Shown here: positions 1 to 11,460 of the stretch, piece after piece
How positions within the stretch are numbered: the first letter of the stretch is position 1
Layout: every line of letters starts with the position of its first letter
Assembly (NCBI RefSeq): GCF_000143415.4
Contig: NW_003314264.1
Span: 2,489,710 to 2,553,709, forward strand
Reading direction: 5' to 3'
DNA from: Selaginella moellendorffii
Taxonomy: Eukaryota; Plantae; Lycopodiophyta
DNA length: 64,000 nt
Notes under the pieces: model-generated
What the model was told of the DNA's origin: nothing
The model's input: the letters and a program-made list of their open reading frames with translations, nothing else
Database searches by the model: none
Made by a program: the position numbers and the translations under genes

Positions 1-618
1 AGATTACCATATACCTCATACAACCTCTTGACATGAGTTACTTTCCAAGGTAATTATTTGTGCCAAGTACATGGGTTGATAGCTGCACTCCCACAAAGAT
101 CTTAGTAGAAATAAAAAGACCAAAAGTGTTGAGATATGCAAAACCTTCAAAAACATGTATTATAACTCACTCCCATTCGGGCCACAGGGTGTGGCCGGTG
201 CCAGGGATAGGCAGCTAATGGTATGTTGGAGAAACACCTGGATCAACGTCCTAGCACAATAAAGGACGACATCTCCTTCACTTTGAGGTTGCTAGAGGAC
301 CTGAGTTGTTCAACACTTTTTGGTCAAAAGTATAAATGTGGCAAAAGATATCAGTGTTAAAAGCATTGCATTTGCATCCTCATGCCTCCCAAAAACATGT
401 ATATTACTCCCATTTTTTACAGAAATTTTGCAAGTATCTCCAACCTCCTCAACATACTTGGAGCCCCAGCTATGGCTGGCTCTCATGACTGAAAATAGCT
501 GATTAAAAAAACTACTTCAGCCATGAGCCTTATCGTGAGTTGTATATCAAATTTTCAAGAAACTGCAGTCAGTTCTCCGTTTGACAAAAGAAAATGAAAC
601 AAGAGTTGGATTATCAAT

Positions 619-1569
619 TCACAGAGAAGACCAGAGTTGGATTCCAGGCAAAGTGTGACCACCATCTTCGAGATAGATCTGGCCGGTGATATAAGACGAG
701 TGCTCATCGCTCGCGAGAATGAGCACGAGAGACGTCAAGCCTGGAGATACTAGTCCGAAGCGGCGCAGTGGAACGATCGTGGCCGCTGCGTCGTGGACCC
801 AGGCTTGATCGAGAAGGCCTTCAGTGATCTCCGATCGAAAGATCCCAGCTGCGATGGCGTTTACTCGGATCTTAAACTTGCCAAGCTCCAAGGCCATGAT
901 CTAAAAGAGGTTAGAATCGCGATCACGGAAGAAAGATCTGGGGCTGGTACCTGAGTCAAGCGATTGATCGCAGCCTTGGATGAACCGTATGCCGTCCCGC
1001 CGGGAAGAATGCCCCCGGATGATGCAGAGGAGGAGATATTGATGATCGAGCCGGGTTTCTTGGCAGCCACCATCCTCCTCGCGACAGCCTTGGAAACCAG
1101 CCATGTACCTCTCGTGTTCGTGTTAAAGGTTTTGTTCCAATCCTCTTCGTCCAACTCCAGAGGCGATTTTACAGGCCCTGTGAAGAAAAAAAAAAAACTA
1201 CTATCACAAGAGAGTCAAGGAATCTTCACGGGAAAAAAAAAAAAAAAAAACAAACAAGCGACGGGAGGGAATTTGCAAGCGAGAGAGAGAGAGAGAGTTG
1301 CCTCTAATGCCTGCATTGTTGATGAGCACGTCCACGCCTCCAAAGAAACTCCACGCCCGATCAATGGCGGCATCGATGGATCTCTCACTTGCGCTCACAT
1401 CCAGCTCCACAGCGCGCGCATCGTCGCGCCCGATCTCCTCGCACACCGTCCGCGCAGCGAGCACCACCCGATAAGATCCATGCCGTGCGAACGCGATCGC
1501 GAATTCCTAGCCCAGCCCGGACGATGCTCCCGTGACCAAGACCACTCTCTTCTTCTTCTCGCCCTCCAT
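619..1569 (-). pseudogene. Short-chain dehydrogenase/reductase (SDR) pseudogene, paralog of 13712-14853
   Basis: Three exons give TGASSGLG, NNAG, YGSSK and C-terminal SSL. Codon 21 is TAG (1507-1509; AAG in the paralog), and six codons are deleted (AARTVC vs AARRTHLLESVC). Confidence 0.9.
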
Positions 1570-1889
1570 CCAACCTAGTGTTTTGGCTGTTAAATGCAAA
1601 TTTCTATTTACAACCATTTCCCCCCTCGTTAGAAACAAAGGCATCGCAAATATTTGTGAAGAAACGAATGGTCATTTCTCTGCGAGTTCGCCACCACTTT
1701 GCTTGTTTTTTTCTTTTTTTTTTCTTCGTGCCCCTGTAGATGCCTGAATGATCATACTTACAAGCAGCTATCTATCAGGAAGAATGAAAGAACAAGGCAT
1801 AGGAGGAAGAAGAAGAACATCAAAGTAAAATAGAACAACGAGGAGAAGCGAGAAGAAGATCGGCGACGAGAGAAAGAAGCGAGAGGATA

Positions 1890-3032
1890 TTAGAAGTGGA
1901 TCTGCCGGCAATGGCTGGACGAGGCCTCCATGGGACAGTAGGGGCACTTGAAAGGCCGAGTGTTACCTTTGGCGAGCTTGACGATGGACTGCTTGCACAG
2001 GACATGGCCGCAGGGGAGAAGCATCGGCGGGTTCTCGGCGGAGCTCTGGTCCCGCGACACCGGGCACGCGAAGATGGAGTGGAACTGAAACTCCTTGTCC
2101 AGCTCGATCTCCACCGGGAGCTGCTTCATCGCCTGCCACTCGCCCTTCTTGTTGCTCATCACCGACGAGAGCTTGAGCAGCGTCGGGAGAGCCTGCGACC
2201 CCGCCGAGAGCGTTACGTGCAGCGGGCTCTCGTATCCCTGTCCCAGGAGTCCGCAACACTCTCGAGTAAACTCCAGCGCCACGCTCTCCCAGTGCGACGG
2301 CGCCAGCAGCTCCTTGTAAGGATTGGAGCCGACGTCGCGCGCGAAGTAGACCATGCACGCCATGAGCTTCTTGATCACTCCCAAATGATCCGGGAACTTG
2401 CCGAAGATCCTCCTCCCATACAGCAGCGCCTCCCATCTCCCGGCCTTGAGCAGCGTCTGGACGAACTCCAGCTGGTGGAGCTTAAACTCGAGCGAGGATC
2501 CCTTCTCTTTGAGCTCCTTGTGGTGTGACTTTGCCCACTCGATCGCCGGCTCCAAGTTCTTGTTCCTCATGTGTTCCAGTATCTGATACATCTCGAAGAA
2601 TGGCAGCTTGAGCGCGGCGGCACCCTCGCTCTCCTGGGCCTCGCCGACGAAGCAGTCGCCCAGCTCGAACATCCCCTGCCGGTAGAAGTGGAGGGCGATG
2701 ATCTGGTTGACGAGCCTGTGATCGAAGTCCATGTCCCTGTAAGCCTTGGAGAGATCCGCGCAAAATTGCTTGTCCATCACCTTTCCATACTTGCTGAGAG
2801 CCAAGTTCACCTCCTTCTGTGCCGACGAGAGCTGGTTCACGGCCGCCGTGAGCTTTGCCTGGAGCTCCGACAGCACCGCGCTGTGATCCACCACGTCGCC
2901 TTGATCCAGCTTGGACGCCGCCGCCTGGATCTCGTGCATGAACTTGTCGATCACATCCTCGGTCTTGGCGTACGAGAGCTTCTGCTTCTTCGTTACTCGA
3001 TCGAATGCGTCTTGCATCGACGCGAGATCCAT
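1890..3032 (-). CDS. RMND5: RMND5/GID2-like CTLH-complex RING E3 ligase subunit (LisH-CTLH-CRA-RING)
   Basis: Single-exon 380 aa ORF: LisH-like 'VNQIIALHFYRQGMFELGDCF', CTLH 'SSLEFKLHQLEF', RING 'FHSIFACPVSRDQS..NPPMLLPCGHV...FKCPYCP'. Confidence 0.93.
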   Translation of the reverse strand: MDLASMQDAFDRVTKKQKLSYAKTEDVIDKFMHEIQAAASKLDQGDVVDHSAVLSELQAKLTAAVNQLSSAQKEVNLALSKYGKVMDKQFCADLSKAYRDMDFDHRLVNQIIALHFYRQGMFELGDCFVGEAQESEGAAALKLPFFEMYQILEHMRNKNLEPAIEWAKSHHKELKEKGSSLEFKLHQLEFVQTLLKAGRWEALLYGRRIFGKFPDHLGVIKKLMACMVYFARDVGSNPYKELLAPSHWESVALEFTRECCGLLGQGYESPLHVTLSAGSQALPTLLKLSSVMSNKKGEWQAMKQLPVEIELDKEFQFHSIFACPVSRDQSSAENPPMLLPCGHVLCKQSIVKLAKGNTRPFKCPYCPMEASSSHCRQIHF

Positions 3033-3572
3033 TTTTGCTTCTCTTCTTTCCCTGCCCTGTTCTTCCTTCTATCCAATCCGCGATTCGATAGCGCCGGGGA
3101 GCTAAAGAATCCCTGGAAGCCAATCTTCTTCCCCTACCTAGAGAGAATCGAAATTAGGCTGTGCGGAGGCGCGGCGTCGCAATCCAGGGAAGCGATCCAC
3201 TCACCCGTCCACGCGTCTCGCCGCCACCGCCATCTCGCGTCCCCGCTGCCCTATCGCGCCCACGCCAGGAACCCTAATTGCCCCACAAAACAAAGTCAGC
3301 CGCTCGACGATGGACGGTCCAAAACGCCGCGACACATGGTCATAAATTGGAGATTCGGACAGGCCCAGCCCAGTCCGTACTAAAAGAAGGTTCTTTTCTT
3401 TTCGAGAAGGAACAAAGATTTTAAGCAAAACTTTGATCCTGCTACAAAGATACAATCACTGGAGTCTGCGATGGAACTATACAGTACCACGAGTTCCCTG
3501 ATCGATCGATCGCTGAAAAAAACGAAGCAAAAAAAAAACTTGCATGAGATTGAGAGAAGAACTTAATCTAGA

Positions 3573-3859
3573 ATGTTTTATTTTGTTAAAGTGGAACTTT
3601 TCATTATCCCACTTATGGTGTGTGGCCACATGCCATTTTTATAACAACAATAAAAAATTGAAGTTTTAGCTTTATAATTTATAAATTAAAAACTTTTCAT
3701 ATGATTTTGTGTTATAATATTGTGAAATATAAAAAATAAATTAAAAAACTGATAGAAATATTAATAAATATTAATTAAGTACTAGGAAATGGCATGTGGA
3801 CACATGCTAATTAATGTCCCACTTTACTGAATAAGTTCCACTTTAACAAAATAAAGCAT
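3573..3859. mobile_element. MITE-like element with ~27-bp terminal inverted repeats
   Basis: Left end ATGTTTTATTTTGTTAAAGTGGAACTT vs right end AAGTTCCACTTTAACAAAATAAAGCAT (1 mismatch). Internal IR TGTGGCCACATGCCATTT / AAATGGCATGTGGACACA. AT-rich core. TAGA flanks both sides. Confidence 0.8.
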
Positions 3860-3889
3860 TAGAAGAAAAACTTTGAGAAATGAGTAACG

Positions 3890-4800
3890 TACCTTACTCG
3901 CAGCCTGTACACTATACACAGTGCTCCATTACTCCAAGCTCAGGAGCTTCCTCCAACGTCGCGGCAAAACTCTCTCCCTAGCTCGGCGTCGAGGCAGCCA
4001 TAGCCGGCCCGCCTGCCCGATAGAGGATATGACTGCTAATATCCTCACCACAGCACTGCATTGCGGTCTGTTTGAATGCCACCAAACTGCTCTTGGATTA
4101 CGCTCTCCATCGCTGAGTGGGAGGGGTAGTTCACCCTTCACAGCTGATCTAGCCAAAGTGGGAGAGTTGAGTCTCGATCAGCACACCACACGGCATGTTC
4201 ACGTGGTGAGTCGCATCTAGTGGTGTCCATTGAGTCATGTAAACATTTGAACACAATGACAGCGCTACCAGTGTTTGTGTCCACGTTTCCACACATCACA
4301 TACACCACCCCAAGACTTGAATCGGCCTTCACTCTGCTTGTCACAGTTGACAACCCAGATTTTAAGCAAACTATGGGCCAAGGCCTGTGTGACTTCAACA
4401 CCGAGAGACAGGTCTTGGGAACATTTAGTTACAATGTGGTTTACGTCCAATCCCACTCGCTCCTGGCTAGCGCTGTCCGGTTCAGCTTTCTCTCCAAAAC
4501 GAAGACATTACCCAATGGACTTTGGACAAGATTTGCTTCGAAAGGTGGGAACCGTTGCCCACATCCACAGGGCAGCTGGCACAGTTACTTGCAAGGTACT
4601 AGTGAGACAGTGCCTCCCATTGGTAGTCTACTTCAAACTTAAGCCTGACAAAGTCTGGAATCATCCTCTCGACTTGAACATGCCTTTTGATTGTCTCACG
4701 GAATCATGAGGGAGACTCTGGGATGGCTTAACCGAACGCATCTCACTTCCTCCACTCCCAATTCACACAGCGGCCAGCACACACCAAAGGTGGCAAGCAC
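3890..4800 (+). mobile_element. Highly degenerate LINE-like (non-LTR) RT / post-RT relic
   Basis: Broken frames give, in the expected order, SLYTIHSAPLL, IEDMT...LFECHQTALGLR, MTALPVFVSTF and QILSKLWAK...SWEHLV, weakly resembling L1-type RT motifs 4-6 and the downstream region. Confidence 0.35.
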
Positions 4801-5229
4801 AATCTTTTGGAGGAGGGGTGAATGACACTCCTCCTCACTTCAAACATGGCAATACATGCTGAACAACTGTGTGAAGAAATCAAGGTGAATTGCAAGTCAT
4901 CAAGCTCAACTTTGTGATCACTTCACTCGATGACATTAGAAACCACCCAATGGGATAGCATGAAATTAACTGCTATAAACTCCCAACCAATGGAGCTTCT
5001 GTGTTGAAAATGTGATTCTGTAGTTTATTATGTAGCAGTAGCATCTAATTTGGACTTGATGATGTCTGCAGCTTTGTTTGCTGAGTGTAGCTGCACTTGC
5101 TTCAATTGAAGACATTTCCTAAAAACAAACTTTGCTATAATGTAATGTAATGGCTGAAAAAGTCTCCATTAAAGAGAATATAATAACCATTGCCTTCTAC
5201 TTAGCCCTAATGTGTTGGGCTCTTCTTGT

Positions 5230-5945
5230 TGGAAGCAGAACTTTGGCATGGGGAAGACAATATTTGAGTCTATGTGATCATGTTCTAAAGCAAAATACTA
5301 ACTATTGGAGAGCAGAAGATTTAAATTGGAACTTGATCATGTCTCCAAAAGTATCAATGATTGCCTCAGAAGTTTTGTCCACAATCCCATTCACTGTACA
5401 CTCATCAATTCCAAAGAGCTATGAGAGTGTTATATACATGGCTGCATTTCATAGCTTGTACAAACTACTGTACACAGCTTGAGATCATGGACCCACAGAA
5501 CCTGGCTACCCACAGCATATGTTAATAAACGGCTTTCTACTATCGAGGATTGCTTGCATCATTTCATAAGTATCTCTAACATAAAGAGATCATGCAAACT
5601 CCAATGGGATTAAGATGGCCTAGCCTAGAGCTGGCTCTTGTGTTGCCACCATACCTAAGGCTACCTGTGTTGTTTGTGAATCATGACACCATTTCAACAA
5701 TAGGCACATCTCAATGCAACCAAGCACTTCTGCAACAAAGAGCTCTCAAGAACAAGACAACTTATAGAATGTACATTTGGCTTGCTTAATGATATGTCTA
5801 TTTTAGCTTCATTCTATCTATTTCTTTTTTCACCTTTCTACAAGTAAGTTCTAAAGATTGGAATATAAAGTTGAGAATGTAGCCCAACATTGCTCCAGAT
5901 GTTATTTATGCTTGCTGAATTTTGCATAATTTTCTGATTGACGTT
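5230..5945. mobile_element. PIF/Harbinger transposase relic (fragmented, both strands)
   Basis: +5230-5314 WKQNFGMGKTIFES/CDHVLKQNTNYWRA; -5463-5326 LYKL*NAAMYITLS*LFGIDECTVNGIVDKTSEAIIDTFGDMIKF; -5562-5481 MMQAILDSRKPFINICCG*PGSV; +5883-5945 PNIAPDVIYAC*ILHNFLID. These match Harbinger DDE transposase motifs. Confidence 0.8.
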
Positions 5946-6111
5946 GGTGATGCTAACATTAATAAAGAATGTGAATTCTTGGATAGACACAATAAATGTG
6001 AAGATTATGATGATGTTGAGGGTACCTCTTAACTAAAACTAAATGAAGAGATAATTTGTAATACTGCAAATTTGTGACTAAGAGGGGTTTTAGGGTTTAT
6101 GCGTCTCCGCG

Positions 6112-7850
6112 ATGGCGACGACGCAATGCCGCGGCAAGGCGGCCTCCATCGTCAAGGAGGTGGCGGCGGCTGCGCAAGCCGGGATGGCCACTGCCAGGGA
6201 GAAGCTGCCGCGGCCGATCGCACGCACGGAGCTCAACGGCGTGCTGGCCACGAATTGCGTGATGAAGTTTGGGGAGTACAAGGGGCGGAGCCTCGGATCG
6301 CTGCCGAGCGGCTACCTCGGCTACCTTGCCTCCAATCTCAGGTACCGCGATGGCGCCAAGCAAGAATGCGCGCAGCGAGCCGAGGGCGTCCTCGCGATTA
6401 CCGCGCGCCCCAGGTCCATCTCAAGTACCGCATCATGCACGCCGTGAAGAGGAGCTTGAAGAGATCCAGCGCGGGCAATGCCCTGGCAGAGATTGATCGG
6501 CAGAACGTGAGCGATCCAGCGCTGGTCTATGAATCGCTCCTCCACCGGTGCTGCCGCCACAAATCCCTGGAAGAAGGTAGGAGAGTCCACAAGCACATTG
6601 CCGAGAATAATCTCATGGTGAACAGGTACCTGGGCAACTTGGTGGTACACATGTATGCCCGGTGTGGCAAGTTCCTGGATGCCAAGGCGGTGTTCGACTC
6701 CATCGCCAGCAAGAACGACAGGACTTACGCGATCATGATCGCGGCGTGCGTGAGGGAGGACCGCCCCTTGCAAGCGCTGGAGCTCTGGGAGGAGATGGAG
6801 GACCGAGGCATCGTCGCGGACAAGTTTATAGTGACGAGCTTGGTGGCGGCTTGCACCAAGCTCCAGGCGCTCGAGGAGGGGCGGCGGCTCCACGAGCACC
6901 TGATCATCACGGGCTTCCGGACGGACATCCCGCTTGAGACGGCCTTGCTCCAGATGTATGCTAAGTGTGGCAGCCTCGACGATGCGAAGAGGGTGTTTGA
7001 GGGGATCGAGAAAGGACTTGTTCGCGTGGTCGTCGATCATCTCGGCGTATGCTCGCGCCGGGCGGGGAGAGATGGTGGTGGTGCTGTACAGGAGGATGAT
7101 CGCCGAGGGGATGGAACCCAACGTGGTGACTTTCGCTTGCGCTCTCGGTGGTTGTGCTAGTGTTGCGGGCCTGGCTGATGGACGAGCGATCCACGAGAGG
7201 ATTCTCGCGTCCAAGGTTCCGCAGGACGATGTTCTACAGGACTCGCTGCTCAACATGTATCTTAAGTGTGACGAGATGGTGGAGGCCAGGAAGGTGTTCG
7301 AGGGGATGAAAGCCAGGAACGTCAGGTCCTACACGGCGATGATATCGGCTTACGTCCAGGCTGGGGAGCACGCGGAAGCTCTGGAGCTCTTCTCCAGGAT
7401 GAGCAAGGTGGAGGCTATCGAACCGAACGCTTATACGTTCGCCACCATCCTGGGTGCTGTTGAAGGGCTGGGGAACTTGGAGAAGGGAAGGAAGGTCCAC
7501 AGGCACCTGGCTTCGCGGGGATTCGACACGAACGTTGTCGTCCAGAACGCGCTGGTGACAATGTATGGGAAGTGTGGGAGCCCGGTGGAAGCTCGGAAGG
7601 TCTTCGACTCCATGACGGCTAGGAACGTGATCTCCTGGACTTCGATGATCGCGGCCTACGCTCAGCATGGGAATCCACAGGAGGCTCTCAACCCTTTCAA
7701 GAGGACGGACGTGGAGCCGAGTGGTGTGAGCTTCTCCAGTGCTCTCAATGCCTGTGCATTGCTGGGAGCTTTGGACGAAGGCCGAGAGATTCATCACGGA
7801 GTTGTGGAAGCCAATCTCGCGTCTCCGCAGATGGAGACTTCCTTGCTCAG
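6112..7850 (+). pseudogene. PLS-class PPR pseudogene with an N-terminal FGxYKG-type domain; frameshifted and 3'-truncated
   Basis: PPR P-L-S motifs (e.g. MYAKCGSLDDAKRVF, NVISWTSMIAAYAQHG) are spread over the 6099 and 6934 ORFs, with frameshifts near 6395 and 7010. The array stops mid-motif at ETSLLS (~7850). Confidence 0.88.
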
Positions 7851-10133
7851 TTACAGCGTCACTCAACGCACACAAAGCTGGGGTCTTGGTTGCATTGAAA
7901 AGGAGCCTCCTGGGACTGGGAAACACTTAAGACTGGACTGTGGAAAACTCCGATCGAGCATGCACCGACTGGAAGGGAGTGATTTGCAACAGTGACGATT
8001 CAGAGCTGGTGGAGCTTCATCTGGCAGGAAATGGATTCACAGGTGAGATCTCGTCCCCGGCACTCGGGCAGCTGGCGAGTTTGTGAGTCTTGGACGTGAG
8101 CAAAAACTGGCTGGTCGGATCTCTTCCTGCGGAGCTCGGGCTGCTGTAAAGCTACGTCTCGGGTAACAGACTGACTGGGAGCTTGCCTAGGAATCTCGGC
8201 AATTGCAGCGCTCTTCATTTTCTCAACGCCCAGCAAAACCAGCTTCAAGGTCCGATACCGCCCGAGCTGGGAGCGCTCCAGAGGTTGGAGATACTCGTCC
8301 TGGACAACAACCGCTTGTCAGGTTCTCTTCCTCTGTCCCTTGCGAACTGCTCGACTTGGCTGACGAGCAATGGTGTTGAAGGGGAGATTCCGCAGGAAGT
8401 TGGGTTTATGCAGGAGCTGCGAGTATTCTTCGTGCAGGGAAACCGGCTGGAAGGGCTCATTCCACCAGCTTTTGCAAACTGCTCGTCTCTCGAGCTCTTG
8501 GCGCTCGGGGAGAATTCTCTGGGCGGGACCAGATGAGCTTGGGCGGCTCGAAAACTTGGTGGCGCTCTCGCTGTGTAGCTTGCAGCGGCTGGAGGGGCCA
8601 ATTCCTCCTGAGATCGGCAACAACAGCAAGCTCGAGTGGTTTGATATCAACGGAACCTCGCTCATGCATGGCTCGATTCCAGTGTCGCTGCTTCAGCTGC
8701 CGCGCTTGGCCACCTTGCAACTCTTTGGTTTCAACAACACCTCAGACCGTCCGGCCCCGGAACACCTCTGGAACATGACTCAGCTCGAGTTTCTGGGAAT
8801 CGGGAGGACAAACAGCCGAGGGATCCTGTCACCGATCGTCGGAAACTTGACAAGGCTTCGGTTGCTGAGACTCGACGGGAACGCTTTGAAGGAAGCGTTC
8901 CGGACGAGCTGTCCAAGGATGGAGACGCTGATCCTCTCCAACAACAGTCTCCTGGGAGGCGTTCCTCGATCGCTTGGCACGCTTGAGCGTCTCAGACTTT
9001 TGATGCTCGGTGGAAACCAGCTCTCCGGAGCAATACCAGAGGAGCTCGGGAACTGCACCAACCTGGAAGAGCTGGTCCTCGAGAGGAACTTCTTCCGTGG
9101 AGCAATACCAGAGTCCATCGCCAGGATGGCAAAGCTTCGGAGTTTGCTCCTCTACGGAAACCAGCTCTCCGGAGTGATTCCAGCTCCAGCTTCGCCAGAG
9201 ATAATCGACATGAGGCTGCACGGCAACAGTTTTTCAGGCTCCATCCCTCCCTCCGTTGGCAACCTTTCCAAACTTTCCATACTCTATCTCTCCAACAACA
9301 GGCTGGACGGCTCCATCCCCGCCACTCTCGGACAGCTTCGACGATTGACACAGGTGGACTTGTCCGAGAACCAGCTCACGGGTGGTATTCCTGGCAGCCT
9401 CGCAAGCTGTGACTCCTTGCAGCTACTGGATCTATCCTCCAACCTCCTGAGTGGAGAGATTCCGGCGTCCATCGGTGAATGGACCGGCTTCCAGACCGCG
9501 GACAAGAACCAGGCTCTCAACATATCGCCCATGACACCGGCGGGAGTGTTTCCGGAGAACTCCACCGATGCATACCGAAGAACTGTGTTCGAGGATATGG
9601 CTGCCTCCTTGGATGGACACACGTACCAGAGTTGGAGGTGCCAGGAGTGCTCGACTTGTCGGCGAACCAGCTCACTGGTGAGATTCCCGCAAGCTTGGGA
9701 GAGCTGGCTGGAGTCCGGGAGCTCAACTTGTCAGACAACCGGCTGTCTGGAGGCATTCCATGGACTCTGGGAGAGATCACGTCCATGGCAGTGCTGGATC
9801 TCTCTTTCAACCGGATCAACGGGACGATACCAGGGGGACTGGCGAGGCTTCCCTTGCTCAAGGATCTGTGGGTCGTGTTTAATGACTTGCAAGGCAGGAT
9901 TCCAGAGACTTTGGAGTTTGGCGCGTCGAGCTACGAGGGTGTGCGGGGAGCCTCTCTCGCGGGCGTGCGAAGGAGATGGCCTCGTGGATGTGGGCGATGG
10001 TGTAACTTGGTGGAAGGAGAACGTCTTCAACGCGGCTTTTGTAGTGGGATTTTTGGTGGGTTCTTCACGATGTTGTGAAGCGCCATCTTTTTATTTGTTC
10101 GCCAAAGTGGTGGGCTATAAGATAAGTTTCTAA
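7844..10133 (+). pseudogene. LRR receptor-like protein (RLP, no kinase) pseudogene
   Basis: LRRNT cap 'DW...CTDWKGVIC', many plant LRRs (LSGxIPxELGNxTNLEEL), an island region and a TM-like 'WWKENVFNAAFVVGFLVG'. In-frame stops at ~7928, 8084 and 8147 plus several frameshifts. Signal peptide missing. Confidence 0.9.
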
Positions 10134-10346
10134 TAAAGGTGTAAGAATTGATAATATATAGAATATTCCATCCAGCGCTTAAATTACTTCTTAGTCTATA
10201 GAAACTTTTTAAACTAAAAAAGCCTAATTAAATAACTGTACACCATAACTTTTAATTTGAAAAATTATTTTAGGTTATTTACCTAAACATAATTTATTAT
10301 TTGGATTTACTCAAATTTTAATCAATCAATATTATGGTTCTAGTTT

Positions 10347-11460
10347 TTGGTTTGCTTAAGCAGACTGGGATGGTAGTAAATATACCTAGAATATGCTAGG
10401 ATATTCTAGGATATTGTACCATCTAACGGTTGTTATTCATTTAGATTAATCTTGCCTTTATAATTTATAAATATATTTATAATTTATAAACTTTCTTAAA
10501 GCCTTTTTAGTATATTATTTTTTATTCTATCGGTTGAAATGCAATAAGATTAATCTTGTGTTTATAAATTACAAACATGCTTATAATTATAAAATTTATT
10601 TGATTAATTGGATTAATAAGTACAAATAACACTACTATCTTATCATTATTATTGTATGCAAATTTATAGTTCTTTATTTTGTATATTTTAATGACAATAT
10701 AACTTGTAGCTGATACATTATAAAAAGTATTTGTCAAAACCCTCAGTGCCTCATGTGCATTCCTTAATCCCCAATTTGTCCAATCTTTGAGCAGCATCAA
10801 CTCCACTACTTCACTGATAAAAAGGTATTGTCCATCAAGGCATTGTGCAAGGATTGCTTAGTAGAGCAATTAATTTGAGGCTGCAGTCTTGGAGAATAAA
10901 GTATCAGCATTGTTTATTTATATGTTACTTTTGCCAAACACAATAGACTATAGAAAGTAGTAGTAGTTCAAGCAGCAGGTGAAACAGTGAACTCTTACAT
11001 ACTAAGTTGGACATACCTGAATCTCTAAACCCAAGAGTCCTCCAGCATCAATCCACATCAATATTGAATGGAAGATTTCAAAGACTAGTTACACACCTCA
11101 AGGCTGTGGCAACTCTAAGTACCAACATTATGGATTCAATCTTGGTGCAAACAAACAATAATACTCACTCAAAGCTGTGGTAGAAATCCTGAAAGATCTA
11201 CCTCTTTCCCAATGGAATATGAATCTGGAGCCATGTCAATAGGGAGCCATTACTATTGACAAAAATATTTGAGAATATTCTAGCACAATAAAGAATATTC
11301 TGTTAAGGTTTTAGAGGCAATATTTTTATTAAATAGGTATTTTAGTAAGTTTAATAGTATTTAGATCTGTGTAAACTACCAATATATAATCTTAGTGGCA
11401 AGAATCACACTATTATTAAGCAAACCAAGCATTGCTTTATGCAATGCATAACAATTATTT
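10347..11460 (+). mobile_element. Non-autonomous Helitron2/Helentron-like element (asymmetric TIRs + 3' hairpin)
   Basis: 5' TTGGTTTGCTTAA (10347-10359) within a near-palindrome, its inverse TTAAGCAAACCAA at 11416-11428, then directly a GCATTGC-tttat-GCAATGC hairpin (11429-11447). T-rich flanks, no TSD. A second, internally deleted copy lies at 49372-49648. Confidence 0.7.

Noticed and set aside
1-600. Possible TE or gene remnant at the window start
   Set aside because: No motif recognised in the frames examined, so it cannot be assigned.
1896-3383. Long antisense/alternative-frame ORFs over RMND5 (and similar ones over the PPR and LRR genes, e.g. 6321-7256, 16104-17309, 17286-17993)
   Set aside because: Shadow ORFs expected from GC-rich codon usage, with no recognisable motifs.
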